Below, piece after piece: positions 1 to 14,483 of a stretch of 64,000 bases of DNA. Under the pieces are notes generated by a model, which saw only the letters and a program-made list of their open reading frames with translations, searched no databases and was not told the DNA's origin. The stretch's first letter is position 1. Each line of letters opens with the position of its first letter. This DNA comes from Eledone cirrhosa. Lineage: Eukaryota. The stretch is taken from NCBI GenBank assembly GCA_964016885.1, contig OZ024740.1, positions 123,814,001 to 123,878,000 on the forward strand, read 5' to 3'. The position numbers and the translations under genes are program-made.

Positions 1-109
1 AGTCCTATGCGAGCAAGACAATCACTCTTGCCTCAAGTGGGAAAACCCCCGTCCAAACCCATGCAAGCGTGGAACACAGACGTTAAACGTTGATGATGAT
101 GATGATGAT
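1..109 (+). mobile_element. 3' end of RTE-clade LINE with (GAT)n tail (runs off the window start)
   Basis: Near-identical to the 3' UTR/tail at 22368-22473 and 62529-62635, which follows an RTE RT C-terminus at 61962-62245. Confidence 0.85.
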
Positions 110-139
110 TAGCATTAATCAATTACATTTTTCTATTAA

Positions 140-393
140 CCCTCTTGATACCAAACAATCAAAAAAACACCTTGGGTTCCATGTTGCTATGCTGTCTATT
201 TTAAAGTGTTTATATTTATCTAAAAACTTCCATTATAGTTTTATTTAAGAACATTTGTAATGTTATATCTTGATCAACAGTTTTATTATGAGAAAATTAG
301 TTATATTATGAAAGCTCTATAAATTCTTGATTATTTTCAAAATCGTGAAAATCACAGGCAGAGTATTTCATCAGAAATACAGTGTTGAAAGGG
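140..393. mobile_element. piggyBac-type non-autonomous element (MITE)
   Basis: TTAA|CCCTCTTGATAC...GTGTTGAAAGGG|TTAA: TTAA target duplication with CCC/GGG imperfect TIRs. Similar ends near 5105-5124, 5962-5985 and 46802-46825. Confidence 0.6.
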
Positions 394-1237
394 TTAAGGA
401 AAATTAAAAGAATTCATTTTACTGTAGCATCAAATAAAGATAATGTTTTCAAAAGACTATCAATTATATTAATTGTGAATGATACTGATGATTATTGGAA
501 CTTAACAGATGAAGGTATGTGAGTATTGGGTGAGGTGAGGTGATGAGTGGGAAGAGAGTTAAATTGCGATGCATACATAGATTTTCAATACTGGATTTCT
601 CTGTAAATAATATTTCACAACATCTCTTCACAAAGATTGAAACTACTCGAGATCCACCTCTAAATGACTGTCTGATAGCACTGACAGATGCAACTGACAT
701 ACAACAAGTATTTTAAGTACAGACAGATTAATCTAAAGCAATGTCTAAAAATTAATTCAAACTCTGCCGAAGGGTGTTTTATTATAATTTCTCTCTTCCT
801 CTGTGTGTGTGTGTGTGTATATATGCATGTATGTATGTATGTGTTTATATATATATATAAATATATATACGTACATACATATATATATATATATTTACAT
901 AAATATATATATATATATGTGTGTGCGTGTGTATGTGTGTATCTCACAACAAAGGCAAAACATACAATAGCTTGAGTAAAGGTTAAACTCTTGACCAATT
1001 GGCAAAGATTGGTGCTAATTTATCATGTCAACCTTTGGCTCTTTTGTTTTGTTTGGCTTTAATAAGGACATATCAAGCTTATTTCAAAGGTAAGATAAAC
1101 CACCAAATTAGATGTCTACATGTCACATTGACATGATAGAACTAGCAGTAAAATCTCCCTCAGTTTAAACTTTGGATATTGTTTTTATAGGTACACCCAA
1201 AAAGACAGGTTTGGTAATCAGAATTAAGTATATATAG

Positions 1238-1411
1238 AAAGTGTGGTAAGAAACCAGGTGGACCATAACACACCAGAATACTTGGTACTTAGGGTAGTAG
1301 ATTGGGTAATATGACCCCAATGGCTGAGCTCCGGCCATTTTGACAGCTAGATCCGAACGTTGGCTGTCGAAATGGCTGGAGTTCTGCCATCGGGGTTCTG
1401 ACTCTTTTCCT
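1238..1411. mobile_element. Older PLE pseudo-LTR remnant with internal foldback (family of 1436-1629 and 56171-56357)
   Basis: 1238-1310 matches 56178-56250 (GTGGTAAGAAACCAGGTGGACCATAAC...); 1313-1396 is an imperfect palindrome. Confidence 0.65.
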
Positions 1412-1435
1412 ATATATATATATATATATATATAT

Positions 1436-1629
1436 AGGAACGAGTAGGACCCCGACGGCTGAGCTCAAGCCCTTTCGATGGCTATTTCTGGACCCAGAAT
1501 TAGCCGTCGAAACGGCTTGAGCTCAGCCGTCGGGGTCCTACTCGTTCCTATTACCCACTCTACTACCCTAAGTATTGAGTACTTTGGTGCGTTATGGGCC
1601 ACCTGGTTCCTTACCACATTTCCTCCGTT
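1436..1629 (+). mobile_element. PLE pseudo-LTR remnant; foldback palindrome containing the 3' half of a hammerhead
   Basis: 1436-1551 is a near-perfect palindrome containing GAAA-CGGCT-TGAGCTC-AGCCG-TC-GGGGT; flanked by (TA)n; homologous to 56171-56310. Confidence 0.7.
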
Positions 1630-1645
1630 ATATATATATATATAT

Positions 1646-3366
1646 AGAAATCACATGAATCAAAGTTCTGTTCAAACCATTCATTAGCTTACAATTGTTT
1701 CGTCCAAACCGAGGTTTGGCGTCTTCGGAAAAATGTTTCAATGATTGTTTACATACATGACCTCCTTTCCAAAACAAGAGACATACAGAAACATATGTAT
1801 ATATCGATGCACAGTGGGGTGACATCCATTATAATATTTTTGCATGGCAATTTAAATTCAAAAATTAAAGTTAAAATATAACATCGGCAGTTTACGAAGA
1901 TAATGCAAGAGGATAGTTTGTTAGTCATTTGAAGTAGTTAGTGCATGCAATAGTTACACGTGGGGCATGCACGTGTGTCTTATTTATATAAGATTATTGT
2001 GCGGCAAGGTGTTATATGCAATACAAGCACTTTAAGCGGGTAATCAAGAGTATTATGGGGGTTGTATTGGTAAAGTATTTTTTATGTATGATAAAGAAGC
2101 TTGTGTGCAGAGAAATAATTCAAATTCAGAGAAATATTAAAAATGAGAAGCAAAATAATGTTATGGTTTTTGTATACACCACCATTTTCACAATCCAGGA
2201 AACGTAATATATAGATTATATGTCCTTCACATAATTAACGATGATTTAGTATTGGATGTTTGATGTATTAGGTTAGATTATTACAGCTTGTTGCGGCTCA
2301 GTGTTCTTTAATCCAATTTTATAGAGCAGGTTGTTTTTGTTGCGAGAATTTACATCGATTTATTTTCCAGAAGTATGTGTGTGATTAAGGGGAGTTAATG
2401 CGTGAGGGGAGGTAACTAGCTGATTTCTATAACTAAATTTATTATTCCAATGTACATTAAAAGGTGTCCCAATTGAGTCCCTTATATATATGGTTATATA
2501 CAGTTTACTCAATATATACAGGACTCAATTGGGACACCTTTTAATGTACATTGGAATAATAAATTTAGTTATAGATAGAAATCAGCTCACCTCCCCTCAC
2601 GCATTAACTCCCCTTAATCACACACATACTTCCGGAAAATAAAACGATATAAATTCTCGCAACAAAAACAACCTGCTCTATAAAATTGGATTAAAGAACA
2701 CTGAGCCGCAACAAGCTGTAATAATCTAACCTAATACATCAAACATCCAATACTGAATCATCGTTAATTATGTGAAGGACATATAATCTATATATTACGT
2801 TTAGTGGATTGTGAAAATGGTGGTGTATACAAAAACCATAACATTATTTTGCTTCTCATTTTTAATATTTCTCTGCACACAAGCTTCTTTATCATACATA
2901 AAAAATACTTTACCAATACAACCCCCATAATACTCTTGATTACTTGTATTGCATATAAAGTACTTGTATTGCATATAAAACCTTGCTGCACAATAATCTT
3001 ATATAAATAAGACACACGTGCATGCCCCACGTGTAACTATTGCATGCACTAACTACTTCAAATGACTAACAAACTATCCTCTTGCATTATCTTCGTAAAC
3101 TGCCGATGTTATATTTTAACTTTAATTTTGTTTTAATATGATTTTAATTTTTGAATTTAAATTGCCATGCAAAAATATCATAATGGATGTCACCCCACTG
3201 TGCATCGATATATACATATGTTTCTGTATGTCTCTTGTTTTGGAAAGGAGGTCATGTATGTAAACAATCATTGAAACATTTTTCCGAAGACGCCAAACCT
3301 CGGTTTGGACGAAACAATTGTAAGCTAATGAATGGTTTGAACAGAACTTTGATTCATGTGATTTCT
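1646..3366. repeat. ~1.7 kb inverted duplication (two ~840 bp arms, head-to-head) of a degenerate PLE 3' end
   Basis: Arms 1646-2480 and 2521-3366 are reverse complements (identical mirror ORFs 1628..1825- and 3187..3372+); each has an HHR motif near its outer end; weak YIG remnant at ~2546. Confidence 0.85.
3277..3330 (+). ncRNA. Minimal hammerhead ribozyme motif, CCGAAGA core variant (mirror copy 1682-1735, minus strand)
   Basis: CCGAAGA-stem II (CCAAACC/GGTTTGG)-GAAA-palindromic stem III ACAATTGT-A; stem I weak. Confidence 0.65.
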
Positions 3367-3526
3367 ATATAACTGCTCTGTAGAACAACTGATGTTATTA
3401 CATTGAGCTATTTATCTTACTGGTAATAAGGTAGTAATAAATTACTGTCTTTCACTGTTTAGGGTTTAAAATATATATAACTATAAAAAGTTTTAGTATA
3501 TACATAACCATAAATAGTATCCTTAA

Positions 3527-3645
<119 letters not shown>

Positions 3646-6342
3646 TTCCTTGCTTTCAACAATGTTAAACCATCTCTAGGTTTCAATGTTATGTATTTCA
3701 GTTATTTGACTAACCGAAATGTATACTCATTGAATTATAGTGATGTAACTAAGTGTTCCATAGATGCATTTATCTTTACCATAATCCTCAGACAGAATAT
3801 GACACAAACATGGCACATTGAAACTATTGTATTATAGCTACAGGCCACAATGCTACAATTAACATGAGAATATACAATTGTCAGAAATGACAACAAAAAT
3901 ATCCACCACCTAATTGAACAAATGAAAATCTATTGGTCTAAATTCAAATACTTGCATAATATCTATGCCAATCTCATTGGTCGTGTCCTGCTTACAACAT
4001 ATCCACAGCAATACAATTACGTGTTCTTGAAGATCAGTCTGTAAAACTGTAGAAAGATTGATGATGATTTTAGGAACTTTACAGCTGTAAACAAACAGTA
4101 AGAAACTCAAACAGAAATATGAAAACTGCCTTGGTATTAGAAATGAAAACTGAACATGAATAAAAAGTGTTTACCCATTTATATAAGAAAACTACCATCA
4201 TTCGGGACACAGAAAAAAATATACATGTCTATGTCATAAGGACTTAATTCTACTTTTTGTTTTACTTTTTTTTTTTTCAAGTAGTAACCTTAATCCAAAC
4301 TATACTTCTCTGGCTAAAAACGCAAGGAAAAAATGGAAATATATAAATAAATATCTATTTAACATGTTAAATGTTGCTGTTTCTAGTATATGATTATGAT
4401 AATATTAAGAATATATATTCTTATTGTACCTTTTAATAAAATTAGTTTCTTTAAACTTTAGAAAATATATGTATCTTGAGAGACAAATATTTATCTTATG
4501 AATTATACAGCATAAATATATATGATTAGAATTACAGGAAATTAGCATTTTATCCCCAAGAGCATTATGGAACATATCAGAATGATAGTCTCTATGTTTA
4601 GCATTATTCTTTTAATAACTGACTTTCAAATATAGATTTACATCTATTAAGTCTTAATATACTGTAATAATTTAGCAAGAGATATCTAAAATAAGTTGCT
4701 TAATACAAATGTTTGTATATATTACTCTTAGACAATGTGTACAATCAGTGAAATAGTATTTCATAAGTTTCAAAAAATTCAGATTCAACAATTTTGTTTC
4801 TAATCTCATTTCCATCATCAATATTTTAGGCTTCTAGATATGTTGTAACAGAGATTGGTGTTAAATGAAATACTGTTAAACTAGTCTATTTAGCCACAAT
4901 TTTTGTATGCATAGCAATTAAATATGTTGTCACCATATATCTAATGAATTACACTGTATTTGAATTAATTATTGAAGAATTTGAAGGGATTTACTAATAT
5001 TATTCATTGTTTCATTATTAAGATGATATTTGTAACACAAGAAAAGGTTCCAAATAGGAACCCTTTGAAATATTTTTCCTTCTTGTTCAGTTTTGGGTAA
5101 GTGGGTTGGTATCAAAAGGGTTAAGGGTTACAAAACCTGGTACATCCTCAATTTGCCTTTTAAAAAATCTTTAGCATTACACAAATGTTATGAGTCATAA
5201 CTTATGACCCAGACAATAAGCAACGAATGTCTAATTTACTTAGCTGTACAATGACCGAGTTCATGAGTCAATAAATGAGCCTTTGATGGTTACTTACCCT
5301 GCTAAAATTAGCAAATAATCTTTTTTAAACAACTTTATTGTCTTCAAAAAGAAGACATTGAATAATGTATTCTTTGGTACACTATTCCAGAAAAGATAAT
5401 CATCATGACTTGAAAGCTTTTAATCATGTCTTTCAGTAAGAGCTGATTTGTGACAAAGCTATCAGGAACATGACTAAATACAGACGCAAAGTATAAGACT
5501 CAGAATATGTAGTATAATTCCATAGTATTTCAGCTGTAACCACCCCTTCATTATTCAATGTACCATTCTTTTTATAATGGTAAAGTATAATTGTAGAGAA
5601 ATTTTACTGCTATTTCTATCATGTTGTACAACCATATAGAAGATCCCTCATTAGCAGCTGTGAGTTCAGACACTCTTGCAAGTTTTTGGACATGGACGAC
5701 TTTCATTAGTTGACTAATACCAGACACTGAAGAAGAAAAAGAAATTTTAATCCATTTATTATCATGTATCTAATAAAAGATACTGCCTATGATTTTGGAA
5801 TAACTTTGAAAATAATCAAGAATTTGAAAGGATTTAGTTATATAACGAACGTTTTTATTATTTTTTCTGGTGTCTGGAACATAACAAAAGTTCTTACATA
5901 AAATTATATAACAAAGTTTTCAAAGAAATATTTCTATCACAGTTCTAGTGGCAGTTTCTGCTGGGTTCATATCAAAATGGTTAAATAATATCCCAACTTG
6001 TTAAGAATCAAATATCTGTACCAACCCTCTTTATCATACTCACATGCTACTCTCAAATCAATATCACAACTGGCAAAATACAAAATAAATGAGCTAAATA
6101 AATAAATAAAGATAAAATCAAATCAATGATTGACAGAAATATGTTTAAGATGAAAAGTCTAAAATTAATTATCAACAATTAATATTCAGAATTTTGTGTT
6201 TGACTAGAGAGATAAAATTAGCAATAGTTTTCACATGTTTTTGTTTTCACACACATGGATGGTTTAGTCTGCTGAATAAATGATTCTCAAATCTATTCTT
6301 TTATCAACAAAACATTTCATTAATAATATTATTAATATATGT

Positions 6343-6837
6343 ATTCTCTACTCTACTCTAGGTTGGGTAAAATTCCCGAGATCCATGGACGAGTTCTCTC
6401 CAGCAGTCTCTGTCCCTCATTATCGCTGCCATGTCCTGCGTCTCCAACAGACCAGTGTCTGTCCTTAGGGCATCAACATACATTAACCTTGATCTTCCTC
6501 TTCCAGTGTGTCCATGTAGGGGCTCCCACAGGAGCACTGAGTGCAATGTCAACTCTGGATGTCGGTGAGCATGTCCAGCTAAACTCAATCTCCTCTGTGT
6601 CACTTTTGAGCTGACTTTTGGGAGGCTCCCATACAGCTCTGAGTTTTTCATCCTCAGTGTATACTGATTAATGTTCAGAGCCATTCTCATCATTCTCCTG
6701 TAGCACCCATCCACCATCTGAGTGAGTTTCATGTCCAAGTCTCAGACCCGTGCAGCAGCACAGACTCCACTACAGCAATGAAGAGGCGGATTTTCAGGTC
6801 TTTACGAAGGTCGGACTTCCACACAGATCTCAAGCTG
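6343..6837 (-). mobile_element. RTE-like LINE 3' fragment (RT C-terminus, short TAGAG tail)
   Basis: ORF 6358..6738 has RRLSLAGH...GRGRSRLMYVD...RDRDCWR, typical of RTE C-termini; tail CTCTACTCTACTCTA. Confidence 0.8.
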
Positions 6838-7084
6838 TATATATATATATATGGATTATATAGTAAGGATCAGCAGAGAAAAATTGGTCATAAGAAGAAT
6901 CAGATGCAGTGTGCAATAGAGAAGTTTACATAAAATGGTGATGATGATAGTAACATTAACAATAATAATGATGATAAAAATAATGATTATAGTGGAAGCT
7001 ATTTATTAAAATCATGGATAATATTATGAACCAGTTATTGTTATCAAAATTAGTGGCTCCCAAATTATATATTTGATTAATGTT

Positions 7085-7830
7085 ATCAACTGTTCATCAA
7101 CACCCCTGCTGTGGAAGATTCTGCTGGAGTATGGGATCGAGTGTCAACTTCTTGCTGCCCTGATGGCTTTATATGAATGCCAGAGTATTTGTGTTTGAAT
7201 AAATGGTGCTAAATCGAAACCATTCAATGTGGGAGTTGGCCTCCGCCAAGGGTGTGTACTATCATTTCCCCTGTTCATTATTTATATGAAGAGGTTTGTC
7301 ATGTGCAGCCGGGTTGGAAGTGGTATCACAACTGGTTGGATTAAAATCAGTCGGCTGGAATTTGCAGACATGTTACTTAACTCAACAGAAAGTGATCTCT
7401 GACTTGCACTCAATAGGTTTGATGCCAAGTGCTACATGGCTGGAATAAAAATCAGTGCTGCGAAAATTGAGTCTCTCATCCACTCAAGGATGCCTGTGCA
7501 TTGCACTCTACATATGAATGGAGTTCCCACTGAAGCAGGAAGAGAAGTTTAAGTATACCAGCAATGGGAGGCAGGGGCTGAAATCCGTGCAAGTATTGCA
7601 GAAACTGGTGTAGTAATGCACAAACTTCAGTAATCAGAAAAGGGAGGTAGGCATAAACATCAAGCTTGCTATCTTCAATTCAGTATTCGTACCAACCCTT
7701 ACCTATGATCATAAATCTTGGGTAATAACCAAAAGAATATGATCACAAATGAAAGCAGCTGAAATGGAGTTCCTCCAAAGGGTCTTTGAAGTAACATTAC
7801 TTGATAGAATGCGTGGCTTGGAAACCCAGA
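7085..7830 (+). mobile_element. Degenerate RTE LINE RT fragment
   Basis: Translates SKPFNVGVGLRQGCVLS (~7212-7262), LEFAD (~7335-7350), and FKY and LTY remnants; many stops and frameshifts. Confidence 0.75.
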
Positions 7831-9379
7831 GGCAGTTCATGTTGGGACATTCTTTTAGGAGAAGGAAAACTCTGCATTAAAACCTGCAACACGATAGCAG
7901 CCAATGATGTTGACTTATTCTTTTTTCCTTTAAAATGTTTCAAGCACCGACATCATTTCATCTAAATGACTTTCACATGTGTTGTGTGCGTATGATGTTT
8001 TTTTTTACTTTTGCTGTAGCATAGGCAGAAAGGACTCTAAGTCCTTGACAGGGTTAAAAAGTCATGTTCGTCCCACCTATATATGAGAAAAAGGTCGAGG
8101 GATCGCAATTCTCGAAACTGAGATGCAGCCATTATATGTATATATGTATGTATGTCAGGTTGCTCTTCAGCACTACCTGTGGGGTTGTCAGTTTAGTGGC
8201 TGATGACTCAACCACCTACAGGTTGTACTGGGTTACATGATTGTGGGCACCCTGCAGGATGAAAAACAAAACCCATCAATGGGCAGAGGAACACAGGAGA
8301 ATCAACAGCCAACTAATATTTTTTTTCTTTTTGAGCGAGAGACTCATAGTCTTCATGAATATATCTCTCTAGGATTAGATCACTCTGATATAAAAAAAAC
8401 CTGTAACTTCGTTGGCATGCAATAATTTTGGTTAAATGCATTTAAATGTTCACAGGGTGTCATTGGCCCCGTGCAGTGCAAATCCTTTCCTCTCTTAAAA
8501 ATGCTTCAAGGACAGTCATTGCCTGATATGTGGCATATTTTGCAATGCATGGTATGGCTGGCCATAGGCAAATCCTTTGTAAGACTAAAATGCCACGTCT
8601 GTGATACTCATGCTTAAGTATCAAGTGATGGCATAACTAGAAATTGAGTTGCAGCCATCACGTTTGTATGTATGCCTCATGAGAGGTAGTAACAAGATGA
8701 GATTATTTCACAGTTGGCAATAATGTGGCTAACCTCTTCAATCTTTGTTTTGTGCAGCCTAAATTTATTGTCATCTAATGAGCTTTTTTGCAGAAGGTAC
8801 TTGGTGGGGATTTCTTGTTTCTGGATTGCATGGAAATATATTTCAAGGTCAGATGTTGTGAAATTGTCGTCGGGCCTTTAATATATTTAATCGCCTCTAT
8901 GATCTGCAATTTTTGTCTCGAGTACCCATATACAACCTTCCCGGTGAATTGGTACATTTTTTTTTTGGTGTGTCTTTCATTTTCCAATTATCCAGTGAGA
9001 GAAATTTCTATTAGGTTTTGTTTCATGTCTCTTTTCTAGATCAGTGGCTATCCTAACAATATTGTTATTTTCATGTTCATAAACCTGGAAAAGGTGACTG
9101 CTTAACTTTTTCTTCTGATAAAAATGTTGCTTCAGTGTTATTTGGGAAAAATTAACATGTGGTATTTATCGTGGTATTACCCAATTAGAAGCTGTTGGCA
9201 AGATATTTTTAAAATCTTTGCTCAACAGACTGAAGTAAGATATCTGTCCTGTAGTTATCCCAGTTCAGAAAGCTACAATCATTGCTAACTACAAAAGTAT
9301 TTTTCCCTCAAAATGAGGGCAGATTGTATGATGCATGTATATGAACAACAATGGTGCCATGTAATGAGACCTGGGCACT

Positions 9380-10110
9380 GGGTGCAGAGGACCTACAAAG
9401 ATTGGAAAGAAATGAGGCTTACATGCTTCAATGTATATGAACTGCAAAGCTATATGAACTGAGAGAGAAACTGGCATAAGAGGAATCAGTTGCGCTGCAG
9501 GAAAGGGAATTGCATAGGTATGGGCATGTGATGCATAGGACTGATGACAGCTTTATAAAAAGGTGCAGAGTGCTCAAAATTGATGACAGCTATGGATTAG
9601 GAAGATCTAGGAAGACTTGGGATGAGGCAATAAAAACCAGCCTCACACAACGACACCACAGAAATGCAGTGACACAGGATCATGATCTCTGGTGTTATGC
9701 AGTACTGCAGAAGACACACCTTCCTATGTGCATGGGTTGCAGCATAACTCCTTCCATACACCTCACACATCTTAACACTCTCCTCTTTACCTAACACCCA
9801 TGTCATTACACTGCACCCTTCACCCACTTCCTAAAATTCCACCCTTCATCCACTCCAAACACCCCATCTTTCACCAGCTAAGTGCCCCACCCTAGACATA
9901 CCTCTCCACCCTACATACACTCAACTCCCTCGACCCAGCCACCAGTTGACACTGTAAAGTGGTCCTTTTAGTAAAATGACAAAAATTACCCAATTCACAC
10001 TGTAAAATGGTCATGTTGGCAACACAACGAAAAGCACCCAGTCCACACTCTAAAGTATTTGTGTTGGTGTTAATAAAAAAGCACCCAGTCCACACTCTAG
10101 TTGACGTTTT
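9380..10110 (+). mobile_element. Degenerate RTE LINE 3' fragment with 3' UTR
   Basis: ORF 9510..9794 YGHVMHR.DDSFIKRCR...GRSRKTWDE is homologous to 45835..46515. Confidence 0.75.
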
Positions 10111-10439
10111 GATGATGATATAGTGACAAAATAGCCAATTTGCTAAGGCATTAGATAAAATATAAGGTGGTATTTTTAAGGCTTTGTGCTTTGAAATCTC
10201 ACTTAGTTTAACTATATGTTCATCCCTCCATGGATTAATTGCATGGCAGTGGATTGGTATAATTGTTAGAGCATCAGAAGAGATGCCATGAGGTATTTTT
10301 TCTGGCATTTTGTATTCTAAGTTCAAATTCTGCCTAATGATTCAAATCCTACATATGATAATGGAATTGCAACTGATTATGAATGCTGCAATGAGTGGAG
10401 GGAGATTGTTATATTTGCTTGTGCAGGTTGAACAACCAT

Positions 10440-10772
10440 GGCACTGTATATAAATCAGTCCACTTCAGTCATGACTGACTATGTGCTTGCATCAATACAG
10501 TTAACACCAGAGGCACAAGTCAAAGCAACGTGTTTAGCAGTTGCCCATGTATGCCAGTCTCCTCTCTTTTCAGCATTGATGCTGACTAAGTGAAAGTCAA
10601 AGGCCAATACAGCCTGAAACCAGTGATGTCACAAGACTTTTTTCCCAACTGCATGGAATGGAGCAATATGAAATAAAGTATCCTTCTCAAAGAAGCCATG
10701 TTCTGACCAGTCCAGCATTTGAAATCATCACTTTATAATCCAGATCCTAATACCTTAATCATTAAGCTATGC
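10440..10772 (-). mobile_element. Degenerate tRNA-derived SINE (long-bodied; related to 54060-54399 and 43712-44050)
   Basis: Shares CAGTTGCCCATG...GGAGCAA.ATGAAAT.AA with 54160-54300. Confidence 0.55.
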
Positions 10773-10780
10773 ATCTTAAC

Positions 10781-10882
<102 letters not shown>

Positions 10883-11308
10883 GTTGTAGTTGTTTATATA
10901 TATATATATAAACAACTACAACCACATATCTCTGACATCATGCAAATTTTTCTAATCAAATATTCATTTCTAAGAGAATCTATGTAAATTCCAAACTGTC
11001 ATATATCTCTTATAAATATCATTAATGGCTAGATGTCAAAGGTTTCCTTATCAATTTCACCAATTAACATAAAACAACTGTTGTTCAATGAGCATTTCCC
11101 ATGAAAATATCATATTTTTCACATAAATTGCAAATAATGACATATAGAGTACAGATACATACATTTACTTGCACACATAAACACATTTATATAAAGTGAC
11201 ACACAAACACATACAAACACTCACAGAAAATACACCCACACACCCAAACACACACATATTTATATATGATCATATAGGGATATATATGCAGACATATTTA
11301 TACATATA

Positions 11309-13900
11309 TCATCATCATCATCATCACCACCACCACAACCACCAACTCCACCACCACCACCACCACTTTATGCCTGCTTTACCATGCTTGAATGGGCTGG
11401 ATGGGTTCTTTTCAGCAAGACATCTCTCCAATTGTATCGGTACTTTGTCATCTTCTTTTTGAGATTCTGTGATTTAAGTTTGGCCCTGCCCAGTTCTTCC
11501 TTGACCACCCTTACTGTCATAGCTCCCTTCTACTTGGATTTCTTGACACTTCGTCAACCAACACTCATCACCCATATGCATTAGTTGGCTATATGAGCAC
11601 AATTTTCACTCCTCCATACTACACCTAATTCCTCTTATATCCAGCATCTATCTCAGCTCATCTACGTTTTGCCTGTCATGATTATTAACATTGCACATCC
11701 ATTGAAGCATATTTGCTTCATTTCTCTCCACCCTTTGTATATCTTCTGTGTTCACTGACTATATCTCACTAAAATGCAACATCACACATTTGCATAAGCA
11801 TCATACATACAGCCAGCCTTTCTTTTGTAGAAAGAAACATTTTGCTGTTAACAGAAGTAGTCTGAAAGTTTGCCATTCTGTTCTTACTCTTGTTATTATA
11901 CTTTTGGAGCAGCCTCCTCTTCCACTATTTTATCACCTAGATAACAGAAACTAAAAACTATTTGTATGGAGCCTTTTGGGGATTGGAAAACTTGTATTTT
12001 ACTTCTGTTCTTACTACTAACTCTCCCTGTGCATCTGCCACATACTAAAGTTACCTTTTCTGTTAGTCTGCCTATTATACTTCTAGATTTCTTGTATGCC
12101 CAAAAATGACATTGTGTCCCTTGTATATAATTACTACCTGCTCATTTTCTACATATTGAGCAATGCCACTTTGCTGATGGGATCAGGATCTTATCTTGTT
12201 TCCTGCTTACCAGAACTTTAGTTTTCCTAAGTTTCCTCTAAGATTTTGGATACTAAGTTGTTTCGAAAACCAAATTTCTTCTCTAGCTCTTCCACAGATT
12301 TATTTAGCTATTTTTACAAGCCTGTTGGCATACTTGAGTTCCCATGGGCAACCTATCTTAAACTCCTGTGGTATAGCCTGCAAAACTATAATAAACAGGA
12401 GGGAGCTGAGGGCAGAGCTCTGATGATTACCTACTTGCACATTGAATTCTTTACTGAACTCATTGCCTATTCCCACATTATTAACAGTTCCTCTGTACGT
12501 AGCTTTCACTGCTATTATGAGTCATATGTCTAGTTTTCTTAAAAATCACAGTTTGACTCCTACTTCCCAGAAATTTTCATCGTCTTAGAAACTATTTCTG
12601 ATGGTCTGGCATCCTTACCACTTTTCATGTCCTTGATTACTTTCTTACCTTTATAACTGTCAATTTTGATAGCTGGTTCTTCTGTTGGGTCAGCTGGAAG
12701 TAGTCTCTCTTCCTCCCATTCATTTTTGAAAATCATCAACCAATTGTTACAGCATTTACAGGCCTTCCTCTTTTGGGTATTCATGGTGCTGGGTGCACCA
12801 GTGTCTTTTCATATGCACGTTTCTCTAACAGCATTCTGGTTATCACTGACACACTGCTGAGCATTGCGGAACACCTCATGTTTTTGATCCTCATGTCATG
12901 GGACATGGGAAAGCCTCCTGCTTCCAGCTTCTCTGTATGCTATGTATCATCTAGCTTCTATTCTGGCTAAATTATATCAATCATTACTGCCCCCATCTCT
13001 GCCAGCCTCTTTTCTTTAACAGCTCTACCAATAGTGTTCTTCCACCACCCGTTCACTATCTGTCTGTCTGGAGCTTTACTCCAGCAACACGTCTTCTCAG
13101 TACACTGTAGTATGTCGCCTCGTAGAATCTTCCAATTGCCCTCTTTGTCATATATATCTGAATCCTCCCTCTTGTCATATGCATCATGTAGAGCTTTCCT
13201 GAACCTATATTTAACAGTCAGGTACGTTATCACCCATACTCTCCATATTTTTCAAACATATCTTGTACCATCTCATGCTTATTCTGATGTTGTGTGGTGC
13301 ATTCTTCTCTGGGGATGGGCTTAGCTTTCAAAATCATCTGCCTGTCATGTTTGTTCATGAGTAAAAAATCAATCTGGCTTGTGTGTTTGTCTTATTGGCA
13401 GGTGATCAGGCTGGTCAGTTTCTTATAATTAGTGTAGTAATTAGTTCATATGCATCACAGAATTCTAAGAGCTTCAAGTTTTCATTTTTCAAGCAATAAC
13501 CATATCCACTGTAAGTTCAAGTGTATCCATCCTGGTGCTATCCAACGTGCAGGTTGTAGTCACCAGCTAAGCTGATGAGGTCTCTGTCATCTGTAATGGA
13601 GACTATCTGTAAACGTTGTTCATAGAAGTGTTCCTTTTGTTTCTCACTTGCTTGTGCCATCATTACTCTGACTACTTTGATTACCTTATCTATCTACTCA
13701 GCTAGTAGAATTGCTTCACCACCTATGCTACCATCTTTCATAACCCAGCAAAGCTTGTATCTTTGTAATTTGTCTGTGTGTAGTCATGCAGAGGTACCTC
13801 ACTGTCTTATCTCTTGAAAACAAATGAATGGCAGCTTTGAGATGCGTTACCTGACAGTGGTGGTTAGGTTGTCTTCTCAATAATTTCTCTTTCTACCTGA
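11309..13900 (-). mobile_element. Long degenerate RTE LINE (APE endonuclease plus RT remnants)
   Basis: Minus strand encodes AGDYNLHVG (APE motif, ~13542-13568), WWKN..RAVKEKR, IKDMKSGK..PSEI and EFNVQVGNHQSSALS.LLFIIVLQAI...GCPWELKYA (RT); GAT/GGT tail at ~11309-11365. Confidence 0.85.
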
Positions 13901-14451
13901 GAGGGTATATGGGTATGCAATTGCTTTATATGCACATGGTTAGTTTAGCCACTATTCTACTATGGATAGTAGTAACATGAGTAGTGTTAGTCATCTTTAC
14001 ACAGTTGGTATGAATCATAAATTCTGTGCAGGTCATGGTTCTTTGGCAAAGTTTTCTAGTTGGATGCCCCACTAACCAATTAACTGCATGGACTAGGTGC
14101 ATTCTTCATAGCACCGGCAATAGAGAGGTTGTCTAAATTGACTGAGTCATATCTACCCTATGCATTCAAATTTGTTTGTAGTGACTACTCTTCTTGATAG
14201 GCTGCTTTCTCTGCATGATTATAAATATAATTACATACTGATTCAAATAAAATAATTCTTTTATTATTTTAATAGTTTTTGTCATTAGACTATGGCCATG
14301 CTTAGGTACTGACTTAAAGGGATTTATTATTTCAAATTGACCTCAGTATTTAATTTCTTCATCTCTGTCACATATTTTGTTAATCAAGTTTTGCTAAAAC
14401 ACTAAGCTATGAGATATAAGCATAAGCACATACATAACCCTTTTCCACACG

Positions 14452-14483
<32 letters not shown>

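Noticed and set aside
660-998. ORFs rich in IY/TH/CV repeats (also at 3459, 10733, 14654, 20650 and others)
   Set aside because: Translations of (TA)n/(CA)n microsatellites
3779-4084. Possible minus-strand host exon (TTTACAG acceptor, GTAAAG donor)
   Set aside because: All three frames contain stops and there is no homology evidence; a non-coding exon cannot be excluded
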